This document shows positions 1-12,405 of a stretch of 64,000 nucleotides of DNA, piece by piece. This DNA is from Chiloscyllium plagiosum. Taxonomy: Eukaryota. The stretch is from the NCBI RefSeq assembly GCF_004010195.1, contig NC_057718.1, positions 87,953,424 to 88,017,423 on the forward strand, in the 5' to 3' direction. The translations under genes and the position numbers were made by a program. How positions within the stretch are numbered: the stretch's first letter is position 1; the number at the start of each line of letters is the position of its first letter. A model generated the notes under the pieces. The model was given only the letters and a program-made list of their open reading frames with translations, was not told the origin of the DNA and searched no databases.

Positions 1-645
1 AAATCTTTTCTGAACCCTTTCAAGTTTCACAACACCTTAGCGATAGGAAGGAGACCAGAATTGCAGGCAATATTCCAACGGTGGCCTAACCAATGTCCTG
101 TACAGCCGCAACATGACGTCCCAACCCCTGTACTCAATACTCTGACCAATAAAAGAAAGAACACCAAATGCCTTCTTCACTATCCTAACTACCTGCAACT
201 CTACTTTCAAGGAGCTATGAACCTGCACTCCAAGGTCTCTTTGTTCAGCAACGCTCCCAAGGACTTTACCATTAAGTGTATAAGTCCTGCTAAGATTTGC
301 TTTCCCAAAATACAGCACTTTGCATTTATCTGAGTTAAACTCCATCTGCCACTCCCCAGCCCATTGGCACAAATCTGATCAAGATCTTGTTACAATTCGA
401 GGTAACATTCTTTGCTGTCCGCTACACCTCCAATTTTGGTGTCATCTGCAAACTTACTAACTGTACCTCTTATGCTTGCATCCAAATCATTTATGTAAAT
501 GACAAAAAGTAGAGGATCCAGCACCGATCCTTGTGGCACTCCACTGGTCACAGTCCTTCAGTCTGAAAAACAATTCTCCACCACCACCCTCTGTCTTCTA
601 CCTTTGAGCTAGTTCTGTATCCAAATGGCTAGTTTTCCCTGTATT
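1..645 (-). mobile_element. CR1/HER1-type LINE ORF2 (RT C-terminal) fragment, copy 1 of local duplication
   Basis: ORF 37..372 reads WQMEFNSDKCKVLYFG...QRDLGVQV...LYRTLVRPPLEYCLQFWSP, typical of the CR1 RT C-terminus. Confidence 0.9.
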
Positions 646-739
646 GTGAGATGACCCTTTTTCAGAACTGATTGTAGTTAGGAAAAAGTTGGCATATATG
701 CTGTAGGTGGGATGGGGGGTGCGAGGAGGACCCGGAGAC

Positions 740-1133
740 CCTATGAGTATTCTGGGTGGGTTTCTGTTCTGATGATGCCAGCTTCTACAAGGTGACCCCC
801 AAAATGTCCACCTTCCTCCTCAACAAAGATTTTCCACTACCATGGTTGTCAGTCATGTCTGATCTACCTCCTGCACTTTGGCACCCACCCTTTCTCTTTC
901 TTCCCACAACATCAGTAGGGTTTCCCTCGTCCTTACTTATCACCCTGCCAGTATCCACATTAAAAGGATCATTAACTACCATTTCCGCCACCTCCAACTG
1001 GATGCCACCACCAGACACATATTCCTCTCACCCCCCCAGTCAGCTTTCTGGAGGGACCATTCCCTGTTGAATACCTTGGTCCACTCCTGCTCCATTCTCA
1101 ACACCTTTCCATATTCCCAGGCACCTTCCCATG
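740..1133 (+). mobile_element. Old Penelope-like element fragment (RT to GIY-YIG linker), truncated by a younger PLE
   Basis: Translation RVSLVLTYHP..IKRIINYHFRHLQLD.TTRHIF..PP..AFWRDHSL matches the PLE thumb/linker; frameshifted. Confidence 0.75.
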
Positions 1134-1149
1134 GCTGGAGGTTTTTGTT

Positions 1150-1189
1150 GCAAACGTTTCGTCCCCTGGCTAGGTGACATCATCAGTGC
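1150..1189 (-). ncRNA. Minimal hammerhead ribozyme motif (PLE family A), inverted copy
   Basis: Reverse complement reads gca-CTGATGA-tgtcacctagccaggggac-GAAA-CG-TT-tgc. Confidence 0.7.
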
Positions 1190-1521
1190 TTGGGAGCCTC
1201 CTGCGAAGCGCTTCTTTGGTGCTTCCTTCGGTGTTTATAGTGGTCTGTCCCTGCCGCTTCTGGTTGTCAGTTTCAGCTGTCCGCTGTTGTGGTTGGTATA
1301 TTGGGTCCAGGTCGATGTGTTTGTTGATGGCATTCATCCACAAACTCCATGCCTCTAGGAATTCCCTGGCTGTTCTTTGTCTGGCTTGCCCTATGATAGT
1401 AGTGTTGTCCCAGTCGAATTCATGTTCTTGTTGTCTGCGTGCGTCAACCGGAAGCGGCAGGGACAGACCACTATAAACATCGGAGGAAACATCAAAGAAG
1501 CGCTTCGCAGGAGGCTCCCAA

Positions 1522-1561
1522 GCACTGATGATGTCGCCTAGCCAGGGGACGAAACGTTTGC
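1522..1561 (+). ncRNA. Minimal hammerhead ribozyme motif (PLE family A)
   Basis: gca-CTGATGA-t-gtc...gac-GAAA-CG-TT-tgc: CUGANGA/GAAA core, stem II, 3-bp stem I, palindromic ACGU stem III. Confidence 0.7.
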
Positions 1562-1997
1562 AACAAAAACTTCCAGCTCGGCGAACAGAACCACAACAAC
1601 GAGCACCCAAGCTATAAATCTTCGCACAAACTTTGAACACTTAATGTGTTTATACAAAAAAATCTATTGATCTTAATGCAAAATTTTGAATCGACCATAC
1701 CGCCATAACATTAATTACTGAGGAGTGAGTTCTATATTTCCACTACCTGTTGTGCAAATATATGCTTTCTGACATCATTCTTGAATGACCTAAATCAAAC
1801 TTTAATGTTATGACATCTTGACCTAGAATTCCCCCAACAGGGGGAAAATGCTATCAATTCCTTTAATCATGTTGTTTCTTAGCCTTCTGTACTTATAATA
1901 ATACAAGTCCAAAACCCAAAGAACCGCAGATGGTGGAAATCAGAATCAAAAACAGAAATTGTGGGAAAAACTCCACAGTGAAATGTGCAACTGTGGG

Positions 1998-2846
1998 GAG
2001 TCATAGAGTCATAGAGTCATAGAGATGTACAGCATGAAACAGACACTTCGGTCCAACCCGTCCATGCCGACCAAATATCCCAACCCAATCTAGTCCCACC
2101 TGCCAGCACCCGGCCCATATCCCTCCAAACCCTTCCTATTCATATACCCATCCAAATGCCTCTTAAATGTTGCAATTGTACCAGCCTCCACAACTTCCTC
2201 TAACAGCTCATTCCATACATGTACCACCCTATGTGTGAAAATGTTGCCCTTAGGTCTCTTTTATATCTTTCCCCTCTCACCCCAAACCTATGTCCTCTAG
2301 TTCTGGACTTCCCGACCCCAGGGAAAAACTTTGTCTATTTGTTCTATCCGTGCCACTTGTAATTTTGTAAACCTCCATAAAGTCACCCCTCAGCATCCGA
2401 CGCTCCAGGGAACACAGCCCTAGCTTGTTCAGCCTCTCCCTATAGCTCAGATCCACCAACCCTGGCAACATCCTTGTAAATCTTTTCTGAACCCTTTCAA
2501 GTTTCACAACACCTTAGCGATAGGAAGGAGACCAGAATTGCAGGCAATATTCCAACGGTGGCCTAACCAATGTCCTGTACAGAGATCTTGTTACAATTCG
2601 AGGTAACATTCTTTGCTGTCCGCTACACCTCCAATTTTGGTGTCATCTGCAAACTTACTAACTGTACCTCTTATGCTTGCATCCAAATCATTTATGTAAA
2701 TGACAAAAAGTAGAGGATCCAGCACCGATCCTTGTGGCACTCCACTGGTCACAGTCCTTCAGTCTGAAAAACAATTCTCCACCACCACCCTCTGTCTTCT
2801 ACCTTTGAGCTAGTTCTGTATCCAAATGGCTAGTTTTCCCTGTATT
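1998..2846 (-). mobile_element. CR1/HER1-type LINE 3' end with (agagtcat)n tail
   Basis: ORF 2277..2507 KLERVQKRFTRMLPGL..LSYRERLNKLGL.SLERR.LRGD; 8-mer tail repeats at ~1998-2022. Confidence 0.9.
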
Positions 2847-3334
2847 GTGAGATGACCCTTTTTCAGAACTGATTGTAGTTAGGAAAAAGTTGGCATATAT
2901 GCTGTAGGTGGGATGGGGGGTGCGAGGAGGACCGGGAGACCCTATGAGTATTCTGGGTGGGTTTCTGTTCTGATGATGCCAGCTTCTACAAGGTGACCCC
3001 CAAAATGTCCACCTTCCTCCTCAACAAAGATTTTCCACTACCATGGTTGTCAGTCATGTCTGATCTACCTCCTGCACTTTGGCACCCACCCTTTCTCTTT
3101 CTTCCCACAACATCAGTAGGGTTTCCCTCGTCCTTACTTATCACCCTGCCAGTATCCACATTAAAAGGATCATTAACTACCATTTCCGCCACCTCCAACT
3201 GGATGCCACCACCAGACACATATTCCTCTCACCCCCCCAGTCAGCTTTCTGGAGGGACCATTCCCTGTTGAATACCTTGGTCCACTCCTGCTCCATTCTC
3301 AACACCTTTCCATATTCCCAGGCACCTTCCCATG
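2478..3334 (+). repeat. Near-identical duplicate of positions 1-1133, lacking 106-381
   Basis: 2583-3334 equals 382-1133 at offset 2201; ORFs 756..1070 and 2957..3271 are identical. Confidence 0.95.
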
Positions 3335-3520
3335 CAATCACAGAAGATGTAACACCTGCCTATTTATCTTATCCTTTTTTAATACCGAAGGCACCAGACA
3401 CACTGTTCAGTTGAAGCAGCGATTTACCTGCATTGAAGGGTCACTGGACCCGAAACATTAACACTGCTTTCTCGCCACAGACTCTGCCATTTTTTTACAG
3501 CAATTGCTGTTTTTGTTCCA
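2941..3520 (+). mobile_element. Old Penelope-like element fragment (uninterrupted copy)
   Basis: Continues into PGTFPCNHRRCNTC (PLE Cys knuckle) and ends in a decayed hammerhead-like gaagggtcactggacccgaaac at ~3435-3455. Confidence 0.7.
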
Positions 3521-5879
3521 GTTTATGCAACCTGTCCTAAATTTCTAACTCTTTTACTTTATGAATTTGAAGAATGTGGGTGATCTACTATTGTATTTAT
3601 TTGGAATTCTAGTATTTTGACCAAACATGTAGGACTGGTGATTATAGTTTCAAAGAGGATGGTGTTTGTTTTGCAGGTTGTGGTATTCCTATATACCTGT
3701 TGCCCTGTCCTTGTAGGTGGAGGTCACAGGTTTGAAAGGTACTATCTAAGGAAGCTTGGTGTGTTGTTACAATGCATCTTTGCTTTTCTAACTTGTATAC
3801 TTACAAGAGTAAATTAAAGGTGAAATGTTCATTTTGAAAAGTGTAAAAGATTGATAAAAAGGTGAGAGGTTCTGAATTTATCTAGCGTCTACGAGAACCC
3901 CAAGATTCTTCAAAGTGCTTCACTGCCAATTGGATTAGTTTTAAATGTTGGATTAGGCACTATGTGGCCCTGCTGGCTGTTTCAGGGAGGTAAACACATA
4001 AAATAGATTAGGTGGCTAGGTCCCCACCCTCCCATCTGTCTGAAATTAGCTGTCTCCCTACATATATACATAAACAATTAATGGTCAATTGGGCCTGTTA
4101 AAAGCTGATATCGCTTGACCCACTACAAGATATGATTGATGTGGGTGGCTTTGTGGGGTGGGCAGGTGATTCTTTGTTTTAATTATGACAGCAGACTCAT
4201 AAGGCTGAACGGATGTACAGAACAGCAGGAAAAAGGGAGGTACTGACTTCAGAGAGAGAACTTTGTGCATCAGATACTCTACCCTAAAGATAGCAGTCCC
4301 CTTTCTTCTCTACCATCTGCCTGAAAGCCCTACCTGCTGGACTCCCACTACTCCCCCATCCCAAAGTTTTCCAAACCCTCCCTGACTCAACACTCAGATT
4401 TACCTGGAATTCATTCATTCATGTCTTTTTTGTGGCGCTGCCTACTGTACCAGCAGCATCCACTCTGAGTTCATGGCACTGTCAGTATTGACTGGCAGCT
4501 CCCTTGAGCAGTACTTCCACCACAGTGATGGACAGAGTTAGGCAACATAGCTTGCCTCTAGCATGTCATGGTTGCTGGGCAGACTTCTATCTCATGTCAG
4601 CTCCCCTTCTTGGGACCAAGCAGTCTGCTACCTCTCCCTGCTCTCATAACTTTTAACCGACTGCCATAATTGTATTGTAGAACACCCAACAGCCAATTGG
4701 CACACAGGAAATTTTTACAAGCAGCAATGAGATAAATGACCAGGTCATCTGTTTTGGTAGTGTTTTCTGATGTACAGTGTTCCTTTCGCAGATTGGGCCT
4801 GCAATTATATGTAGTGTCAGCTCACAAAGTATTTATTTGTAATACAAAACACTTGACAAACAAGAGTAATACACCATGTGCTTTGCAGTTGAATACCAAG
4901 TCTGGCTCAAGATTGCGGCAGGAGACTGGTGAACTGTACTTCATTAAGAAAGTGCTGGGTTTGATTTACAGTTCATTAGTTTGATGGATCATATGTAAAG
5001 AAATGTTTTTACCTGGAGTTTCAGGTAGGATCAGCTAATAAGGGTGAAAATCAAACATCAAGAAAAGAATAGCTCAGAACTTCACTGTGACTGGTTCAAA
5101 AATCTTCTGCAAGGTGTTGGCATAAAAGGAGCTACTTTTGGGATGCCTTGGGAAGGAGGGGGTGTCAAAAAGGTGAGAAGTGAAGGTGGATCTTGCCTCT
5201 AATCCTTGTGCTAAGAACACTAATCTTTGTCTCATCAAACTCATCCAAAATTCAATCTTCCGCAAGATCTTGTCCATTTTGGAAAAGAACCATCTATACA
5301 TACTTCAGTCTTAACAGTCACCTATAGACTAACTGGAATCCTCCCAAACATCACAGACTATGCATCTAGTCATCTTCACTTTGAAAGATAAATGAGAAAG
5401 ATACTGCCCAGGATTAGACAATACACTCCACTAAAGTGTACCCAGTGATATATGAAGATTTACCATCACTTTGTCAGACTCAGTCAGATCAGTCATGATT
5501 TCATTGAATGACCAACAGTTTCAAGGGGCCAGATAACTTAGCCCTCCTACTATTTCTTGTGTTCTGATGTTGTTGCTTTTGTACACTGTTTCTTTTGTAC
5601 AGCATGTGGTTGTGCACTAAATCTCTAGTGACAATTTCAAAGACTCTCCCTACAACAGATGTTAAATTTACTAGTCTGCACATATGACCTTGTCTATGTT
5701 CCAGATATTGCCTTACAAGGAAAGATTTTGAAAGGCTTATACATTAATAAATGTTCAAACTGGTTAGTAAAAACATTATGGCTGTACAAAGTATACAAGA
5801 GAGATATTAAGAAAAAAAGCTTTTGGACACCAGAATTGAACTTAATTTAATTCTCATATTATTACACATAACCATATAA

Positions 5880-6320
5880 ATGGTATCAAGTATGATACAT
5901 TGTAGTTCTGTGGAAAGACTAGAGAAGCTGTAAATATTCTCCATACAGCACAAAAAGTTAAAGGGAGACTTAACAGAAGTGCTCAAAATTATGAAATGTT
6001 TGGTAAGAAGAAACTGTTTTAACTAACCAGGTGATTTAAGATAAATAATAAAAATTCAGGACAGAACTTAGGAGGATCTCTTTCACACAGAAAGTTGTTC
6101 TGAATTGAAATTCACTGACTGAGAGAATAGTGAAAGCAGATTTAACAGTGACATTCAGGAGAGAATTGGATGCATGCTTGAAAAAGAAATACATAAGTGC
6201 AAGGCCATAGGGAAACTGCAGAGGAGCGGAACTAATTAAATAGTTCTTTCAAAGAATTGGCTTGGGCACAATAAGCCAAATGGCTTTCACTTATAGTATA
6301 TGATTCTCTGATTCTAAGAG
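5880..6320 (+). mobile_element. Highly degraded CR1 3' fragment
   Basis: Residual similarity to the CR1 3' end (agactagagaagctg...ggagacttaacaga...tatgattctctgattcta tail). Confidence 0.5.
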
Positions 6321-7093
6321 AGTGATTCAAAAGAAAGTTAAAGCCTTAAAGGATGAAATTTATGCAATTATTGAAGATGAATCAACAGAGATGAATTAAT
6401 TTGGCAAAATGTAATATTTTCCTACCCAAATAGCATACAGCAAACATCAGAAAATATTTTAAAATTAGTGAGTTCATCAAATAAAGAACTGAAGGTAAAT
6501 AAATCCCCTGGACTATATCCAGTGCTGTGAAAGAAACAAGGGAGAGGCTCTAGTTCCTGTAAAGTTTCATTAGAAATTCAGGGGAAATTAAACATATTGT
6601 ATTAATATAAAAGCAAAATATTGCAGATGCTGGAAATCTGAAACAAACACAGAAGTTGCTGGAAAAACTGCAGATCTGGCAGCACCTGTGCACTCTCTTC
6701 ATATTAAAGAAAATGGGACCATTGTAATCTAGGTAAGTAGAAGGCCATTAGTTTTGCATCAATAATTGGCATAATGAAGGAAACCTTTAAGTGCTTGACA
6801 TGAACCATCTCTGAATTGAAGGGTTGTGAGTTCAAGCCCCTCTTCAGACTGTTGACCATAAACTGTTGTCTTATACACCAGTACTGTACTGAGGGAGTAC
6901 TGTAGAATGAGAAACAATCAACACCTCAAGCCTGATGTGATTCCTCTTCAGAATGAAGAAGAGGCTCAGACCATCTGGGTATGACCAGATATGGTCATTC
7001 TTGTATAGAGAACAGGGAACATTACAGAGCAGTACAAGCCCTTCAGCTTTCAATGTTGCGCCAACCTGTGGAACCAATCGAAGCTTATCTATC

Positions 7094-8572
7094 CTACATT
7101 ATTTCATTTTCATCCATATGTTTATCCAATGACCATTTAAATGCCCTTAAAATTGGCAAGTCTACTCTGTTACAGGCAGAATGTTCCACGCCCCTACTAC
7201 TCTGAGTAAAGAAACTACCTCTGACATCTGTCTTATATCTAACACCCCTCAATTTAAAGCTTTGCCCCCTCTTGCTAACCATCACCATCAAAGGAAAAAG
7301 GCTCTCACTGTCCACCCTATCTAACCCTCTGATTATCTGATATGTCTCAATTAAGTCACCTCTCAACCTTCTTCTCTGTAATGAAAACAGCCTCAAGTCC
7401 CTCAGCCTTTCTTCATAAGATCTTCCCTCTATACCAGGCAACATCCTAATAAATTGCCTGTGAAGTATTTCCAAAGCTTCCACATCCTTCCTATAATGTA
7501 GTGACTGGAACTGTACGTAATACTCAAAGTGTGGCTGCACCAGATTTTTGTACAGCTGCAACATGGCCTCGTGGATCCAAAACTCAATCCCTCTACCAGT
7601 AAATGCTAACACACCATATGGCTTCTTAACAACCCTTTTAACCTCGGTGGCAACTTTCAGGGATCCATGAACATGGACACCAAGATCTCTCTGCTCATCT
7701 ACACTGCCAAGAATCTTACCATTAGCCCAGTACTCTTTATTCCTGTTTCTCCTTCCAAAATGAATCACTTCATTAAACTCCGTTTGCCACCTCTCAGCCC
7801 AGCTCTGCAGCTTATCTATGTCTCTCTGTAACATGCAACATCCTTCTGCACTATTCAGGACTCCACCGACCTTAGTGTCATCCCCAAATTTATGAACCCA
7901 TCCTTCAATGCCATCATCCACGTCATTTATAAAAATGACAAACAGGAGTGACCCCAAAACAGATCCTTGCGGTACACCATTAATAACTGAACTCCAGGAT
8001 GAACATTTCCCATCAACCACCACACTCTGTCTTCTTTCAGCTCGCCAATTTCTGATCCAAACCATTAACTCACCTTCAATCCCATGTCTCCGTATTTTGT
8101 GCAATAACCTACTGTGGCGAACCTTATCAAACACCTTACTGAAATCCATATACACCACATCAACCATTTTACCTTTATCCACCTGTTTGATCACCTTCTC
8201 AAAGAAATCAATAAGGTTTGTGAGGTACAACCTATCCTTCACAAAACCATGTTGACCATGCCTAATCAACTTAATCCTTTCCAGATGATTATAAATCCTA
8301 TCTCTTAGAACCTTTTCCAATACTTTACGCACAACTGAAGCAAGGCTCACTAGTCTGTAATTACCAGAGTTGTCTCTTCTCCCCTTCTTGAACAAGGGGT
8401 CAACATTTGCTATCTTCCAGTCTTCTGGCACTATTCTTGTAGACAATGATGATATAAAGATCAAAGACAAAGGCTCTGCAATCTCCTCCCTGGCTTCCCA
8501 GAGAATCCCAGGATAAATCCCATCCAGCCCAGGAGACCTTTCTATTTTCACACTTTCCAAAATTGCTAACAC
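7094..8572 (-). pseudogene. CR1 ORF2 reverse transcriptase, 492-aa open remnant
   Basis: [53 protein letters not shown] motifs; upstream ORF2 is broken by stops, frameshifts and the SINE. Confidence 0.92.
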
Positions 8573-9836
8573 CTCCTCCTATGAACCTCAATCCTGTCTA
8601 GGATACTGTATCTCAGTATTCTTCTTGACAACATTGTATTTTTCCAATGTGAATACTGATGAAAAATATTCATTTACTGCTTCTCCTATCTCCTCAGACT
8701 ACATGCACAACTTCCCACTACTGTCCTTGATTGGCCCTAATCTTACTCTCATCATTCTTTTATTCCTATTGTACCTATAGAAAGCTTTAAGGTTTTCCTT
8801 GATCCTATCTGCCAACAACTTCTCATGTCCCCTCCTGGCTCTGCTTAGTTCTCTCTTTAGGTTTTTCCTGGTGAGCTTGTAGCTCTCAAGCGCCCCAGCT
8901 GGGCCTTCACGTTTCATCCTAACATAAGCTGCCTTCTTCCTCTTGACAAGAGATTCAACTTCTTTAGTAAACCACAGCTCCCTTGCTCGAACACTTTCTT
9001 CCTGCCTGACAGGTACATATTTATCAAGGACACACAGTAGCTGTCCATTGAATAAGCTCCACATTTAATTGTACCCATCCCCTGCAGTTTCCTTCCCTAT
9101 CCAATGCATCCTAAATCTTGTCTAATCGCATCATAGTTGCCTTTCCCCCAGCTATAACTGTTGCCCTGCTATATATTCCTTTCCCTTTCCATCACTAAAG
9201 TGAACATAACTGAATTGTGGTCACTATCACCAAAGTGCTCACCTACCTCCAAATCTAACATCTGGCCGGGTTCATTACGTAACCAAATTCAATGTGGCCT
9301 CACCCCTTGTTGGCCTGTCTACATACTGTGTCAGGAAACCCTCCAGCATACATTGGATAAAAACTGACCCATCTAAAGTACTCAAACTATAGTATTTCCA
9401 GTCAATATTTGGAAAGTTAAAGATCCCATAACAAATACCCTGTTAACCTTGCTCCTATCCAGAATCATCTTTGCTATCCTTTCCTCTACATCTCTGGAAC
9501 TGTTTGGAGGCCAATAGAAAACTCCCAACAGGGTGACCTCTCCTTTCCTGTTTCTAACCTCAGCTCATACCACCTCAGTAGACAAGTCCTCAAACATCCT
9601 TTCTGTCACCGTAATACTGTGCTTGACTAACAATGCCACACCTCCCCCTCTTTTACCATCTTCTCTTTCTTACTGAAACATCTAAATACTGGAACCTGCA
9701 GCAATCATTCCTATCCCTGCTCTATCCATGTCTCCGAAATGGCCACAACATTGATGACCCAGGTACCAATCCATACTGCAAGTTCACCCACCTTATTCCG
9801 GCTCCTGGCGTTGAAGTAGAGGAAACGGACCATTGT

Positions 9837-10178
9837 GGGTGGCACGGTGGCACAGTGGGTGGCACGGTGGCACAGTGGTTAGCACTGCTGCCTCACAGCG
9901 CTAGAGACCCGGGTTCAATTCCCGCCTCAGGCGACTGACTGTGTGGAGTTTGCACATTCTCCCCGTGTCTGTGTGGGTTTCCTCCGGGTGCTCCGGTTTC
10001 CTCCCACAGTCCAAAGATGTGCAGGTTAGGTGAATTGACCATGCTAAATTGCCCATAGTGTTAGGTAAGGGGTAAATGTAGGGGTATGGGTGGGTTGCGC
10101 TTCAGCGGGTCGGTGTGGACTTGTTGGGCCGAAGGGCCTGTTTCCACACTGTAATGTAATCTAATCTAATCTAATCTA
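9837..10178 (+). mobile_element. HE1-type tRNA-derived V-SINE with a duplicated 20-bp head
   Basis: A box tggcacagtgg, B box ggttcaattcc, V domain (gggtttcctccgggtgctccggtttcctcccaca), (aatct)n tail. Confidence 0.92.
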
Positions 10179-10299
10179 GATACAATTCAAACCACCATCC
10201 TGCTTGCTGGTGCACTGTTGCAACCTTGAAACCAATTTTCTGACCTCGCTACTCTCAACCTCCTGGACACTGGAACTACAATTTAGGTTCCCATCCCCT

Positions 10300-11226
10300 G
10301 CTGAATTAGTTTAAACCTTCGCAAAGAGCATTAGCAAATTTTCGCCCAAGATATTGGTACCCTTCTGGTTCAGGTGTAGACCATCCTTATTGTAGAGGTC
10401 CCATCTACCCAAGAATGATATTCCAGGTATCCAAAACCCTCCCTCCTGCACCATCTCTGTGGCTACAACTCCTCTCTCTCCCTATTCCTCGCCTCGCTAG
10501 CTCGTGGCACAAGGAACAAACCAGATATAACAACTCTGTTTGTTCTAGCTCTAAGTTTCCATCCTAGTTCCCTGAATTTCTGTCTTAAATCCCCATCCCT
10601 TTTCCTACCTATGTCATTGATACCTAAGTGGACCACAAGTTGCTCCCCCTCCCCCTCAAGGATCCCAAAAACACAATCTGAGACATCATGAACCCTGGCA
10701 CCTTGGATGCAGCACACCAACTGTAAGCCTCTCTTGTTCACACAGAACCTCCTATCTGTCCCCCTAACTATGGAGACCCCAATGACTAATCTCTGCTCCT
10801 CTCCCCCCTTCCCTTCTGAGCAACAGGAACAGACTCTGTGCCAGAGACCTGTACCCCATGGCTTACCCCTGGTAAGTCATCTCCCCCCAACAGTATCCAA
10901 AGCGGTATACTTGTTATTGAGGGGAACAGCCACGGAGGATCCCGGCACTGTTTGCTGGCTCAATTTCTGTCCTCTGATTGTAACCCATCTGCCTTTTCCT
11001 TGTACCTGAGGTGTTACTACATCCCTGTAACTCCTTTTAATAACCCCCTCCGCCTCCCGAATGATCTGAAGTTCATCCAGCTCCACCTCCAGTTCCCTAA
11101 TGCGGTTATCGAGGAGCTGAATTGGATGCATTTCCCACAGATGAAGTCAGCAGGGACACTAGTGGTGACCCTTACCTCCCACATTCTGCAGGAGGAACAT
11201 TTAACTGCCCTAACCACCATTCCCAC
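10300..11226 (-). pseudogene. CR1 ORF1 remnant (zinc finger/leucine zipper + SGNH esterase)
   Basis: VKCSSCRMWE...FICGKC, LLDNRIRELEVELDEL and CCIQGARV...VVHLGINDIG...VVISGL across frameshifted ORFs. Confidence 0.85.
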
Positions 11227-11804
11227 TATTCTAAATTCCCAAAGAGACTATTGAAAAATAAAGAATAAAAAAAACCGAGTTACCTTACCAATCCGACGCA
11301 CAGAACCTTTTTCTTTGGTTAGAGGAGGAGGATGATGGGAGAAGCTACCTAAGTAGTGTTTTGGGTAACTCAACTGCCCAAATATATTAGTTCACATACT
11401 CAGCAGTCCCATGTCCACTCCTGCTCAGCTTGTGTTCCGCCTGTTCACGTGATAAGTTCTTAAAGTACTCACCTTGCTGGCGGCACCCTGGTTGTCGCTC
11501 CTGCTCTTCCTGCTGCTAAACAATGGAGGCCTGACTCTCGAGGTAAGTTCCGTTTAAGTGGGAAACCTGCCTCCTGGCAGCCTCCGTTCCTCTCTCCCTC
11601 TCTCCTCTCTGCTCCCAAAAAATCAAATAATCATACCATTCTGAAAAAGGAGGCATGGTGGACCTGAGGCTTGACTCCGTTTCTCTCTCCACAGATGCTG
11701 CTGGACCTATTGAGTTTCTCCAAGATTCTGTGTTTGTTTCAGATTTCTAGCTTTGCTGCATTTTGTTTCTATTACTGCACAGGGTCTTTTGGATGAGACA
11801 CTAT

Positions 11805-12121
11805 GGGCGGCACGGTGGCACAGTGGTTAGCACTGCTGCCTCACAGCGCCAGAGACCCGGGTTCAATTCCCGACTCAGGCGAATGACTGTGTGGAGTTTG
11901 CACATTCTCCCCGTGTCTGCTTGGGTTTCCTCCGGGTGCTCCGGTTTCCTCCCACAGTCCAAAGATGTGCAGGTCAGGTGAATTGGCCATGCTAAATTGC
12001 CCGTAGTGTTAGGTAAAGGGGTAAATGTAGGGGAATGGGTGGGTTGCGCTTCGGCGGGTCGGTGTGGACTTGTTGGGCCGAAGGGCCTGTTTCCACACTA
12101 TAAGTAATCTAATCTAATCTA
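11805..12121 (+). mobile_element. HE1-type V-SINE, nested in a DeuSINE-like relic
   Basis: Full-length HE1-type sequence with (aatct)n tail. Confidence 0.93.
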
Positions 12122-12405
12122 AACCCAGAGCCAGGTTACTTCCTTTGATGGATGTAGGTCCTGTGGCTTTATTTTGGAAGGCAGCAAGGCAGTACACCCG
12201 AGTGACCTAGTTGATATTTATCACTCAAATAACATCTCCAAATAGATCATCTAGTAATTTCTCTCATTGCTGTTCTACAGAACTTGCTGTGTGAAAATTG
12301 ACTTGCATTCCCTGCATTGCAATAGGTTTAATTGACTGAGACGTTTTTTGATCTCCTAAAGTGGTGAAATGTTCTACAAAAATGCAAGATTTTTCTTTCT
12401 TTTTC
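12122..12405 (+). mobile_element. Degraded DeuSINE-like element (SacSINE1/AmnSINE1-type domain and tail)
   Basis: ggatgta...atatttatcactcaa...agatcatct...cattgctgtt...ttgctgtgtgaaaattg...aaatgcaagatttttctttc resembles the Deu domain. Confidence 0.6.

Larger units (their letters stand above)
1134..1640 (-). mobile_element. Penelope-like element 3' end (Poseidon-like) with inverted terminal copy
   Basis: ORF 1170..1640 contains HEFDWDNTTIIGQARQRTAREFLEAW...NAINKHIDLDPIYQ (GIY-YIG C-terminus); ~135 bp inverted repeat at ~1134-1268 and ~1444-1577. Confidence 0.85.
7003..11615 (-). mobile_element. Near-full-length CR1 LINE (ORF1 + ORF2), degenerate, interrupted by an HE1 SINE
   Basis: Collinear ORF1 (Cys-pair finger, coiled coil, SGNH esterase), endonuclease-region pieces, RT and 3' tail. 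Confidence 0.92.

Noticed and set aside
7094..8572. Longest ORF (492 aa) as a host gene or a retron-like/domesticated RT
   Set aside because: It lies inside a collinear decayed CR1 with broken upstream ORF2 and altered motifs, and has no independent gene structure.
11805..11880. tRNA gene (A and B boxes), also at the other SINE heads
   Set aside because: These are SINE heads followed by SINE body sequence, with no complete cloverleaf.
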